A stretch of DNA of 64,000 nt. It comes from Bigelowiella natans CCMP2755. Its lineage: Eukaryota; Protista; Cercozoa. Below the pieces are notes generated by a model that worked only from the letters and a program-made list of their open reading frames with translations, was not told where the DNA came from and did not search any database. Positions 1-13,322 of this stretch are shown here, piece by piece (position 1 is the stretch's first letter; each line of letters starts with the position of its first letter). Location of the stretch: assembly GCA_000320545.1 (NCBI GenBank), contig ADNK01002490.1, forward strand, positions 21,440-85,439, in the 5' to 3' direction. The position numbers and the translations under genes were made by a program.

Positions 1-9
1 AAAAAATCG

Positions 10-728
10 ATGTCGACACCAAACGAGAAGACCCCCGACCCCAAGGACGGGGACAAAGATAAGGCACCCTGCAAGGACGGCGACAAAGATAAGGCACCCA
101 GCCAGGACGCAAAAGGAAAGGAATCTAAGGATGTTGGAGCAGTGACCTCAGTCAAAGAAACTTCGAGCACTCGAAATCTAAAAAAGATCCGTGATGGATT
201 CAAGATTGTCAACATGGAAATGACAGATTCTGAGTCTGGTGAATCGTTGTGGCAAAGATCGGAATGGGAAGATATATTTACAAAGGAAATAAAAATAAAG
301 CTGCCAACGGCCGTTCACAAAGCCAAAACGGTCGCGAGGACAATGAAATTTTCAACCGTTGAGGCAATTGAAAATCTTCGGCTGATGCAAAGAGTCTTGC
401 TGCATGGCCAAGTCATTGAAGGTCAATCGCAACTTTTCCATCTATATAATCACCACTTATAGTTTGTCCCCTTTGCAGTATGGAACTTTAAATTTGGGTT
501 TTCAATCCCCAACTCGACAAATTCATGGCAGTGCGTTATAGAATCAGCAGGAGACGGCAACATGATACCCGTTCACATCCTAAGGTGACTATATTTGCCA
601 ACTTAGTCCTCTATGTGATACTTATACTTACTCTAACAATTAGCGGCAACGTGGTCATAGAGACACAATTTTTTGACGCCGAAAAACTGATTGCGAAGTC
701 CTCCATGAGGATTATTTATGAAGACTAG
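10..728 (+). CDS. PDE6D: PDE6D/PrBP-delta-like prenyl-binding protein, 3 exons (10-421, 479-584, 644-728)
   Basis: Removing two GT-AG introns (57 and 59 nt) gives ...GFKIVNMEMTDSESGESLW...ARTMKFSTVEAIENLRLMQRVLLHGQVIEVWNFKFGFSIPNSTNSWQCVIESA...MIPVHILSGNVVIETQFFD...SSMRIIYED*. This matches the PDE6D family motifs (W.F.FGF.IPNSTN.WQ, GNV.IET.FFD). Confidence 0.92.
40..110 (+). repeat. 30-bp coding tandem repeat (KDGDKDKAP x2 plus a partial copy) in the N-terminal extension of PDE6D
   Basis: aaggacggggacaaagataaggcaccc followed by aaggacggcgacaaagataaggcaccc. Confidence 0.9.
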
Positions 729-1009
729 CTACATTAGAATTTATTTAGCTCCGTATTGGGCAGAGAAAATATAGAAGTAGAAAACTTCAGTTGCACCCTT
801 AGACTTGTTATAAATAGTAGCATCCATTTCGTTGGAGGTATGAGATTCCCAGTTATGTACCTATTTTTTTCCTCTCAGCACGCCTTCCTTCCTCAAACCC
901 ATTTTGGCTCAGCACAGCTGATTGGAAAATAGTTTCCATGTCATATAATTGATACTGACTTATTGTACATAAGTTTTAGTTCCCTCTTTCGTCCATAATG
1001 TCTATCTAT

Positions 1010-2029
1010 GTGCGACGCGCACGCGCACGACTGTGTTGCATTATGGATGTAATCGCGCTGCACACACACAGCATAGAGGATTTGCGTTGCAAGCTACGAC
1101 TGTAACCAATGCGACTGCATGTGTACACAAGTGTGTAACATGTTCGAGGCGGAATGCGTATTCTTCAAGCGCGAATGAGCTCATGTTGCGCCACTAATCT
1201 AGCTTGTGTGTCTTTGGCGTTAATGAATAATGCATGCGTGCGCCCATAATATTTCAATGCTGCAGCTTATTATGGCTTTGCTTGCGCAAGCCATGATAGC
1301 TAGCAGGCTAGGTGCGGTGTGAGTGGATCGATCAGCTGCGAATGAATGGTATATGGGACTATAAGTCACTATAATGGTTGGAGCTCCATTGGCATGTACA
1401 TAGTGTCTAGATGTTGCTTGCATGCGCAACTAGCAAGAGCAAGCACCGCGGTCCCGCTAGCCCGGGACAGTGCATGATTGATCAATCACGCAGCTGTACA
1501 AGCGCCGCGCGCGGGCGGTGCGCGTCAGCACAAAGGTCAATATTTCCAATTTTTTAGCTGTGTTTTGTGACAGGACATCACAGATCAGTACGTCATTGTT
1601 ACACACTAGCACATATTAGACATAGCACACACATCTAGAAACGTGTGAGCGCATGAAGGGGTTCGATAGCGGGCCAATGTCACTAGGCGCTGTGCAATGA
1701 CAAATCGTTGCTCTGTAACTAACAAAAGTAATACATTATTACTGTATTGTCCGGCGTGGTTTCTGCAGGTCGCCGAGATCACATTTGCAGCATGTAGTAC
1801 TACCTAGCACATATAGATGCCCTTGATGCTTACTATGTGATATCTGAGATACCTGTTTGTTGAGGCGTTTGCTGTTATTAAAAGCAGTACCAATAAATTG
1901 CATGGCGCGTCTCGTATCCATTAAGTCGTTCAATACCACAGATGCAATGGATAACTATAGACACAGTATGCTACATCTTATGTGTGGCACATATATACGT
2001 CAGTTGTTGTGCTGTATACTATGCATAGC

Positions 2030-2074
<45 letters not shown>

Positions 2075-2150
2075 TGTGTCCATTGTGATATCTAGATATG
2101 GTGGTGTAATGCATGCACAGTGGACGGGACGGTCCAGGTAATCATGAGGT
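1010..2150. repeat. Degenerate intergenic island (CC/GG-poor; CTAG/TGCA/CATG-rich), probable decayed repeat or TE
   Basis: No credible exons. Shares a GC-rich core motif (1443-1464) with 9815-9838 and TCTAGA-centred palindromes with other islands. Confidence 0.5.
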
Positions 2151-2441
2151 TTTTGTCCGGGGCGACTATCTTACATGTGTCAGTTCAAAAAGGCCGCCAA
2201 CACTGTGGATGTGTCAATCCTCCTCGAAATTTTGAAAATACTGTGCACGTAAATCTTTCAGCATGCAAACTTGCGTAGTCCAGCTTGTATTTTCAGATAG
2301 TATGGCCATGTACGTATGTGTTCAGAACATCGAATGCAGATGCAACTTTCGATCATTGAGCATAATCGATGGCAGCACCGGAAATCGTGGAATTCATGAT
2401 CGTTGCCATTTTAGTATTATGATTCGCTGAAGATCCAAACC

Positions 2442-4498
2442 ATGGCAACAACGATAACTGGTCGGCAACATAAGGTCCAGATTTTGACTGTCTTTCTGGG
2501 CACCATTTTTGGCCAAGTACGAAGCACCTGGGTTTCTAAACCAGGGAATATCTGATGAATACGCAATATTCATTCACAAGCTTTCATGTCACGACCTCCC
2601 AATGGCAACAACGGAGAACAAGATAATCATAACAGCGGACTCCAGGCCAAATGGTTGAAGTAGGATTCGATCCAGAGGACTTCTAAATTGGAAATAAACG
2701 TCCAGGAAACGATTCCTGTGACCCTTCTTCACCTTGTTACCTTCATCGTTCCCGCCTGGCTTCGTACCGTCGCACGGTGCGCTTCGCCCTTTACTTTCTC
2801 ATACAGAAGGGAGGGATCAATGAGTGGTGTGATCTTGAACAGAACGATGGTATGACCAAGAATGGAAGGGTGAATACCAGACTCTGCAGATTGAAAAGGC
2901 TGGTGGTGCAGTGTTCGGATCGAAGAGGAGTTGCTAGGCATTACATGCATTAGTGCACGTGTACACTGCGATCGACCGGCAGGCCGTTATCGTTCAAAAC
3001 CCACTCAAATTCGTTGAAGACTACTGGAAATCCACTGGAAATCCAATGGAAATTCTCGTCGATCTTCAAGCATCGCGGGAATACCTTCGACAATACAAGG
3101 GCCACCTCAAGGATTTTGCTGTAGCGACATGGTTATGCTGGTATACGAACAATGTCGCAGAGTAAAAATCGGCTTTTGTCCCCACTCATACATGCCCCCC
3201 ATATCTCACAAAAGCACAAGGAGGAATCATTAATCCGGAAGTGGGAAAAGCGTAAGGGAGGGCCACCGAGGGTATAGAATTACTGGAATTGACCAGAGGC
3301 CAGGGTAACCGAAACAAGGATGGCAACCTCTATTGATTGCAGTTTCTGCATAGCCCCATTCAAGTAAGATAAGCTAGGAGAAACAGAGAGCAGCATCTCG
3401 CACTCATTTGTTTTCTAATCGCCAACTTGAATGCGACGTGGCATTACCTTCTTACGTCCTACTGAGTTGAATGTCGTCGTGTCCTATTAGGACGAAGCCT
3501 GTTGAATCTCTGTTCTTCATCACAAGCTTGGGCAATGCGCTATTCTGGGCGGCGGTGCTAGTAGTGGTGCTCTATCGAAAGCATCGCGTGGTAAGGATAA
3601 GAGTATTGCACAAATATATACACGCACTCGTACACAGACACGGATCAAATGTTGCTGTTTAACAAGCTGTACTCACACAAAAAACAGCGTTGTTGCCTCG
3701 AGTATTTAATAAACATTTTTGCTTGTGATTCTAATCGTTCCCACGTAAACCATGCATTGATATCTAGATGCAAACCCAGCAATCAGAGTGCACGCTCCTC
3801 CCTTTGTTCGAAGCCTTTTTCTACGTGTGCGCAGTGGCTAGCCTCTTAGAGCTGGTCTGGTATATGTAGAAAGATCAGCCATAATAAGGGAGGTTTAAAT
3901 GGTGGAGGTGGGGGGGAGAGTATTCGCGTGCTACATAATCTGACAGTAGTCATTTCAATGGTAATTTTAGTTGGCGTACACGTTCGTACCCTTCCGAATC
4001 ACTACGGTGAACTCATGGGAATGCTCTACTCTACACGCAACGATCTTCACCATACAGCAGGTACAGGAAGAAGGGGGGATATATCTTTCCCTCGATACTT
4101 GTACAAACGATACTAGTGTTTAGTTTTGACCAATTGTCATGTCAACATTTCATACCATATACATAGGAAAGCAAAAATACACACACACACACACACACAC
4201 ACGCACACCACAGATATAAATTGCGGGTGTGTGTGGTGTGTGTGCGTGTGTGTGTGTGTGTGTGTGTTCAAAGTTCCTATCATTGTGCACAACCTTCATG
4301 CTGATGAGCCACGGGATGGGGATGAAAACGCTCAATAGAGCATGCCTTGTTAGCGCTTTGGCATCAATGGTGAGAGAAGACGAATCTACTGCATATACGT
4401 GCATGTATCATTATTCACGAGAGAAACACCTTGTAAGGTTGGCGTGGTGACGTTCAACTCACATGTCGTTCACAATAGCTGCCATCATCCTGTCGACT

Positions 4499-4541
<43 letters not shown>

Positions 4542-5767
4542 GAAATGAAGGATATTTACTTACCGCTGTTGCAACTGCTGTTTTCCAGCCTATTTTCGTC
4601 CTCTACACAATCACGTATAAATATCTCTGGATCCCCGACCACTCTCTCAGTATAGGTGAATAAAGGGGGAAAGGGAAGGAGGGGAATGATATTCAAAGGG
4701 GAAAAGAGGGGGGGGAGGGGGAGAAGAGAATTTTTTTTGATATTCTACACTCAAATGTAATCTAGTAAAAAAATATATATATATATATATATATCTATGT
4801 GCATATACACACCACACACACACGTGTGTGTGTGTGTGTGTGTGTGTGTATGCATATAATACATATTTAAAATAATGTTTCCACTACTGTAAATAGTCTC
4901 AATGTGAATCCTTTTTGTATTATGTTTATTTAGCATCGGCTGTGACGCTGAGTGGGGGGCTGGCCCTTTTCTATATGATCATCTTTTCTGCACCCGTGTA
5001 TGTAGTGGGAGATGATGATGATGATGATGATGATGCTGATGATGATGATGGTGGTGATAGTAGCATATGATGACTCTTAGAACATTGCTGGGGGTGATGA
5101 GAATGACCTTGAACACGTTCTCTTTTACTGATACCGCGTGAAACCTCTCTGCTGCCTCTCTCTCACCCTTCATCTTTTACCTTCTTCTTCTTCTTCTTCT
5201 TCTTCAGCGACTGGGTATTCCGCCGACCAGCACTCAACAGCTACTCATTGTACATGCTCGTGCAGATGATGTGTTATCTGATGAGCGCGATCTTGCGGTA
5301 TCTCTCCATCGACTTTGGGTACTGCGTCCATGGGATGGCAGAAGTGCTGAATCTGCTAGTTCCAATCATGGCTTACCGAACCCTTCTACTCGACTCCCTC
5401 TACTGGCAAGGCAAATGGCACACTTCTGGCTACTTCCGAAAAGACACTACGACTACGAATATACTTTCCCCCCTCTCGGAAACGTCTTTGATCCCGGAAT
5501 CGGCTGTGCGCCTCGCAAACGCGATGGATGAGGTGATGCATCGTCGAAGTCGCCCTTCCTCGTTTTTAAATCTGGGTTTTTGGTGTTTGACTTGACTTGA
5601 AACAAGATCCCGACGTTTGTTTTGGGGGCATCTATGCTTATAATTTTTTAACATCGCTACTACAACAACAACTAATCGTAGTACGGGTACTAGTAATGAC
5701 AAAGATATTAACTTCCGCTTCTTCATCGCATATTATGGGCTAATCTTATCTCTCAAATCCGTCTCCC

Positions 5768-5800
<33 letters not shown>

Positions 5801-6157
5801 CCTTGTGTTTCTTCTTTCTCCTCTCGCCCCCCATTCCCTTCCAAAGATGGATCGCATTCCACTTCTCAACCATGCACTTCTGCGTATAAAAACGAAGCTT
5901 GTCAACGATCCTGGGCTGACACGTAAAGGTATCCTCATCGAGCATAGGAAAGAACTTCCATTTGTTGTGGTGGTTGCGTCATTCGTTGGTGCGGTGTCCC
6001 CTTGTAGGATTAGCTGTCGCGCCGAAGAGAAACAGCGTCGTTCTTGGAGCTGGAAGCAACGCCAGAGTTTACTCTGGTAATACACTTTTGCTTTTTTGAT
6101 GGGGAGGGGCGGAAGTGAGGGGGGAGGGCTCCTCTGTCGTTGTATGATGTGATGATG

Positions 6158-6194
<37 letters not shown>

Positions 6195-7106
6195 GTATTT
6201 GTCGCGTTCTTGGACACCGTTGTCATGAAATTAATATAATGTTCCACGATTGGTTGCAACGATATCCGAAGGCTATTATAAGGATAAAAGCTGTGCCATC
6301 AAGATGATGTTCACGCCTGGTAGTAGTAGTAGTAGTAGCAGCAGCAGTAATAATAGTAGTATAGTAGTAGTAGTAGTAGTAGTAGTAGCCGGTGAATCTA
6401 CTGTTGTCATTATTGAAATCCAATTCGTCACACCTAGAACAACCTTTGAACACATCGATGGTTATTGTCTTGCGACACGAAAGAAACAAAACTTATTGAC
6501 GATGTGGAGAACGGCTGTAGTTTTATTAAATATGTACAGTATTTTGTAGTTATATTTGTATCAACCCATATTAAATTGGAAACTACGTTTCATCACTTTC
6601 TTCATCTACACAGAATTAACGCCAGGAATCATTGACACGGTGTGCTCTGAAGCGGGTTTACTAGGTGACTAAGATCGTGAGGATGGTGATCACGCTGCTG
6701 ATGGATGATGAGATTTTGACGATATGTTGTCGCTGCTATGATGATTTCGATGATGATGATGATGATGATGATGATAATAATAAACACATGATGAGCTCAT
6801 ACTAATTCTATGCGTTCAAAACAACTAGGAGCTCTCCGACACCCCAATATTGTTGAGGTTAGCTAAGAATTTATTGTTTTATTGAGAGAGTTACTACTAC
6901 ACTGATAGTTTTTGTCTCGCGGCATGCCTTTTAAGCCCTCTATGCCACGCCGTCCCCTCAATAAGAGGTGAACATTTTGAATAATTGGGAACAGGTGTTT
7001 GGTATATGCGTCTATCCGCCGTCTGTCTGTTTGGTCATGGAACTGTGTCACAACGGTGATAGATAATACGCACAATACGTATTCGTGTAATATATGTGTG
7101 TGGTGC

Positions 7107-7143
<37 letters not shown>

Positions 7144-9078
7144 ATGGAATAAGCGATATTATAACCCTATTCTATCCATAATCCTCCTCCTCCTCCTACA
7201 GGAAGTGTGTTTGAGCTTCTACACCAAGATATGGAAAAGCCTTTGAGACGAGAGCTGATGTTTAAAATAGCCCGGGATACAGGTACAGGCAGGAGGGGGG
7301 GGGAGGGACGAAGAAAGGCACCAGTGGGAACATCGTGAAGATGACGATGATTAAATATGGTGATGGTGGTGGTGGTTGTGCATGATGCTATCTATAAATG
7401 TAGTATACCTAGTATTGTAAAATTGATGCTGCTGCCTCTGATAAAGTTGAAGCATCCTTTTCTACTACATTGTAAGTAAAGCATTCTGTTTATTATTCTG
7501 ATTGCTGTTATTCTACTAGCAAACGCTGTGCAATTTCTGCATTCCCATGAGCCTCAAATCATCCACCTCGACATCAAACCCTCGAACCTGCTTTTGGATA
7601 AAAATTTCACCGTGAAGCTTGCAGATCTTGAGCTCGCTCGGCGGTATGTGTGATTTGAATGTATATTATGTAATGTGACATCTTCGTGTATCATGTAGCA
7701 TTTTAGTTGGCATGTGCACGGTGTTTCCCTTTGGTTTTCCTTGGTGCTTTTCTGCCGAGAAGACTCATCAACTCATCAAAACGAACGATGTGGTCGTGAT
7801 TAGTCGTCGTGTTTAATCCATGATTGATTCTGACAGAATTGTCCAGTCCAATGAGGACACGAAGAAGAGGACGGAGATGAGGCGGCAGCGAAGAATGGAG
7901 GGGGAGGAGGACGACGAGGAGGAGGAGGTTTATTAGTAGTTCTATTCCTTGAAGTAGTATATGATGGTGTTGTTGTTGTTGATGATGATGATTTGAAATT
8001 AATAAGGGAATCACAATCTTTATATCACCATAGAATTATCGTCATCTTATTCACCACCATCATAACCATCACCACCATCATAATCACCACCACCACCACC
8101 ATTCACTACACTCACCCCGACACGAATATCGCAGCTAAAGCTAAATCCCTCGGCGAGAATGATACTATCACGTGGGACAACCAAGAAATGGCTTGTTCCT
8201 GACACAATAAACTGGACTGCCCCAGAACTTCTTAGCCCCTCGAGCTCCTCCCCTCTCCCCACATATAAAGCTGACATGTACGTACTATAGGACGAATGAT
8301 GATCCATTCTGCATCATGATTATCTAGGAGGAGAAAATGATGAGAATGATAACGATAGTGATCATAATAGAGTATATCTCGAAATAGTGCTAGACACAAG
8401 AGTCATCGCTGCCATCACCCTAGCATTGCATTCTCTTTAAACTCCTTCCTCGCTGCTTATATATATGACATTTACTGTGCTTCTTCGAACTTTTCTCATA
8501 CAAACAGATATTCTCTGGCAATGGTCATATTTGAGATTTTCTCGCGGAAAGTGCCGTACACAGATTACTTCACGGCCGCCGTAGGGGGGGGGGAGAACAG
8601 AACAGAAACGAAGCAGAAGAAGCACAGCAGTACAATGGCAGAAGATGCGACGTCATCCCTCGTCGGAGATAATATGCGGGTGAGAGGTGAAGGAGAAGGA
8701 GGAGGAGGAAGAAGGGCAATGGCTGAGGTTGGCAGTGACTTAGAAGGATTAGGATTGAAGGAGGAAGAGTGGAAGGAGAACAAAAAAGATGGTGGAAGCG
8801 TGCTGCCTTTGAGCGAAGCAATAGTAAAGCAACTCTACAGGTGAGTGAGAACGATACCCATCCACAACGACAATCGAAATAACAGTATGATAATAGAGAG
8901 TGCGTTGAGAGAGGGAGAGAAAGAGGGGGGGGGGGGGGGGGGGAGTGTAACTACTAACACCAGCATCCGATTATTTCAAAACCTAGCCGCTTGTAAGCAG
9001 CCCGGCGATCATCCTTCCTGTGTCGTATATCATTTAAAACGAGACTTGTATATCCTACTATCTGCCCTCTCTCTTCCC

Positions 9079-9114
<36 letters not shown>

Positions 9115-9275
9115 GGCCGGCTATTCCTTCCAATCTTCCGAAGTCTATCGCAGAACTCGTGGAGAAGGGGTGGTCATCGGATCCCTCGAAACGTAAACAT
9201 AGTAGTAGTAGTAGTTGTTGTTGTTGTTGTAGTATTAATAGAGGTGGCAATCTTCCACGATTTTGAAAGGAGAGG

Positions 9276-9317
<42 letters not shown>

Positions 9318-9458
9318 CTACCGTACAAAACAAACATATCACACAAAAATCCATTGTCGTATTTCCTCAATCGTGAATCAGGTCCTACGGCGAGGGAAAT
9401 ATATCTACAAATAATGGTCTCTCAAGGGCAAGAGATTAAAGAGGGTCGTCCGAAGTAG
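2442..9458 (+). CDS. 7TM receptor-TKL protein kinase fusion (7TMK1/GPCR-TKL-like), more than 20 exons; 5' end uncertain
   Basis: Hydrophobic exons from 3490 to 5410 end in RPALNSY...GYC...YRTLLLDSLYWQG. Kinase exons follow: LGAGSNARVYSG (6008-6076), CAIKMMFTP|ELTP, GICVYPPSVCLVMELC, FLHSHEPQIIHLDIKPSNLLLDKNFTVKLADLELAR (7520-7643), TINWTAPE, KADIYSLAMVIFEI, RPAIP...GWSSDPSKRPTA. Stop at 9456-9458. The ATG at 2442 and exons before 3490 are tentative. Confidence 0.82.
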
Positions 9459-9639
9459 TTTCTCTCTTAACAACGCGTTTCTTTACTAGCACGCTCGATC
9501 GTTGCGTTTGGTTTTTACCACGAAATTTGTTATTGGAATAAATTGCGAATTGAAGATTTTTAATTGAGAATTCAAGCCCGAGTGCACACTGTGTAGATAT
9601 GTCTACGACTCCAAGCCGCGCAAGCAATAGCATATTTTA

Positions 9640-10950
9640 GAAACGAAACATGTCAAACATGAGCATCAAGATTCACCTCCGCGCGGTGCAGTGTGTTTGT
9701 GCTTCCTGCGAGCAGCAATAGCAGATACATGGCACATGCTGCTGTGATCCGGTATTAGCGGTCAGTACTAATATTTGGCAATTGACGAATCGCTTCGTGC
9801 CCCATACAACCGTGCGGGCTAGCGGGTATCCTCGGTGCATGTACTGTTGTGTACGTTCTAGCATTGTGTGTGTAAGATGGAGGTAATGTATGAAACAATT
9901 AAACTTGTTTAATGGTCACCCTCATGTAGCTGTGCAATAATGCAGCGGCTACAGCACTAATATTAAATCTGTAACGTTGGTCTCCACGCTACGATGTGTT
10001 TCATGCAGTCAAATGCATGTTGCTTCGGTCTTGAATGGCGCGCATTTCGCGCAGCAGTGCGTGTTTCCCAACTCATCGCAAGCTAGCAAGTCAATCTGTT
10101 CGTTTCGTCGTCGCGCATCACTATCTAGCTATGTACGCAGAAGCATTTTCAAGGGGCAGCATGCCATGTTATTCAAGGAATTGTGTTGTTTGCGTGTATA
10201 ACTTTCTGTTAGTGCGCAATCCAATCTAGCAATTACCAAATTCTTATGACGCGCATGTCTAGATGTGCGTAATTTCTGATGAATTTGTGTTTGCAAGCCG
10301 GTACCTCACGCCTAACACTTGTTAACAAGATAAGAAAACAGGCTAGCAGGCCTCGATCTGCTTCATCATTGTCGTCAGAAATGTTTTTTGCAAAATACCC
10401 ATGATCAATGTTTATTAGTGCCTGGCTAGCTACACATGTGCATCGTAGCACATGTTCGATACGATACTGCGATACTACTCCGTATTGTACGCATGCATGC
10501 TAGCATGGAACATGGCAATTGCAAGCTAGCATTTTGCGCATGACAGGTAAGACGGTTGTAATGTAAGACGGATATAATCAATCAAATTAAATTTGTTCAA
10601 TGGTCATGTATATTAATGAATAAAATTTGTTCAATGGTTATCCTTTTGTAGCTGTGCAATGCAGCAGCTACAGCGCTAATGCTAAATCTGTTGGTCTCTG
10701 CTATGATGTGTTTAATGCAATCAAATGCATGTTGTTTTGGTCTGCAATGTCGATCGCACATGGCATGTGCGATGTACGATCTAGACGATGGTGCGCTAGT
10801 GCGCGCCGTGTGGAATATCTGCTGCATGTATGGGACTTCCAGCTTTGGATGTATGCATGCCTACTGCTTATTGAAATTTTCTAGTCGCGATGCAACAATA
10901 CAGCTAGATGGTTCTATGAGTACTTCTTTTACGGGTCACTATAACCACCC
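9640..10950. repeat. Degenerate intergenic island between convergent genes, containing an internal ~170-bp diverged direct repeat
   Basis: 9871-10035 aligns with 10562-10745 (gtagctgtgcaat..gcagc(g/a)gctacagc(a/g)ctaat..taaatctg..ttggtctc..gcta(c/t)gatgtgttt.atgca.tcaaatgcatgttg). Confidence 0.7.
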
Positions 10951-11099
10951 ATTGCATAGCTACATTAGGATGACTATTGAAAAATGTAATTATTTCATTA
11001 TATCCGTCTCATAATCACTCATCGTTGCTCGTCATCGACTTAGTGCATGTTTATTCATCACATTTGATATTAACTAACGAATTTTGCATTCGCAACTAC

Positions 11100-11587
11100 T
11101 ATCGTTGAAGCATATACTCGGCATGGCGCTACAAATACCTATAATTTCGCGTTATATTATCCTCGCGTATGACTCCTTATCCAGCGATTGATGGAGCAGA
11201 CACAGACATTATTACTACATGCATGCTGTTATATCATCAGGATGTCGTCACTTAACACGACGCATATGCTTAATATTACCGACCCGCGGTTGGTTTGCAC
11301 ATGATGGACGATAAGGTAGATTTGTTGTTATATGCCACCACCGCTTTGCATATCACCCTCCTTATTATCTACCGCAGTCGAATCTGTTATAACAATTAAC
11401 CATTAGGTATCGTATGTGCGTGCGTGCGTGTGCGAGGGCAGGAAACTGGCCCGTTGTTCGTGATTTTCTAGAGAATGTGTATAGCTCACAGTTGTTGATT
11501 TTTTATCTAGAATGAGAGACTGCATGATCTCTCACATAGCACACATGAATGCACGCACGCGACCAACGAATGGGTGAGGCAAGGAGG

Positions 11588-11627
<40 letters not shown>

Positions 11628-11643
11628 TATATATATATATATA

Positions 11644-11678
<35 letters not shown>

Positions 11679-12005
11679 ATAATATACCATCAACGCCAGT
11701 GGGCGCTAGTCTTGCTCGCTCCGCAGCAACGTACCTTGAAATAATATTCACAACTTCAATTCTTAGAATCCGCAGCTATTAATGTATTCATGATAAAAGT
11801 CTTCAAATCTGCCCGACTGTACTTTCTCCTCACACGACGTTGAATCCGCTACACTATGTGTGATGAACGAGGAGGCACTTGTTGTGATTACAGTCGTAAC
11901 AAGTACAAGACAAGATCAGCACCAAAGAGCTCTACTACCGTTGGCGTGCGGATTGTATTGCTGCATCTGAGAAGATGGATGGTTCAAAGCAAAAATCACC
12001 GCCAA

Positions 12006-12042
<37 letters not shown>

Positions 12043-13272
12043 TTTAGCACTAGTATCAACGTATTGGCTTCCTCTTCCACAAAAATCGGCAGAGGCTTCA
12101 GGAAGGTAAAGCACCGACATTTTTATTCTACGACCGAGGGTGTCAATGACAAAAACCGTTACAGTTATACTGTGCAAATGTCGGCAACAACCCTCGTTTT
12201 TCTAGGCTTTGTCCTATCCCCCTTCCCCACCCCCACGCCCCTTCCCATTGCCGTGTGTTAATGTTATTTACTGCTGTCTCGGCAACTCTAACTTCAGCAG
12301 ACAAACAAACAGACAAATTCACTAATGATTGATTGATGCAACACACCTCTCTCTTTTCTCTCCCGCTCCATCGCTATTCTCGACTTCATCCCTTTTTTAA
12401 AAAAAATCAAAGCATTTTTCAAGTGGAGAGACTTGTCATGTGTTATGAAGTTGAACGAAAGCACCATCCAATGTCATCATCATGAAGATGTCATCATCGT
12501 CATCATCATTATTATTGTCCTGCATCTTCTGATGCCATACGATGGATTGTCGCGTTGCGGATCTTGTCAAGGCGCTGGTAGTAGCTTGGGTCCATAGTCT
12601 CGGGATTGACGGGGTAAAAACCTGATAGATGGAAATCAGCCGAGCAATTGCCATAAAAATGACGTGATGATGATGATAAATTATTGTGATTATGCTGATG
12701 ATAGTAGTGAGGCTGAAGATGAGCAAAAACAACATCAAATGGCGATCTACTGATGAAATTTCCTTGAGCATTCTTTCTCTAACTTTACACAGTACCTTTT
12801 CCGCCATTTGCAGCCCAATCGAGCTTGATCTTTCGCCACTTGTCGTGAACAGCATCGTTGGCAGAGAAGTTATCGTACTTGATTGCGCGTGCAAACGGCC
12901 CATCACGCATAGACTGCTCGAAGTCGTGGCGGAAGGTCACGTCCGGCCTTGCCGTTGTATTAATCCATGTGCAGTTGTGCTTGGGACGTGGGTCTCCAGA
13001 GCTAAGATGCATTAAGCAGTAAGCATTGGCATGTCTCAGGTGGGTTCAGGTGGTGGATGTATTACTAATATTTTCGTATTTTGCAATAACAACGGACAGA
13101 CAATACGATCGTTGCGCACTTATATAGAGAGAATAGGGGAGGGGGGGGGGGGGGATGGGGAGAAATGACCACTGTTTAGATACTTAAGAGAACATGGGCC
13201 TACCTCGGGGGGAACATTGCTCCAAACCCCACATGAGCCTGACGTAGTTCGGAAATATTGGAGACTCATTCC

Positions 13273-13322
<50 letters not shown>

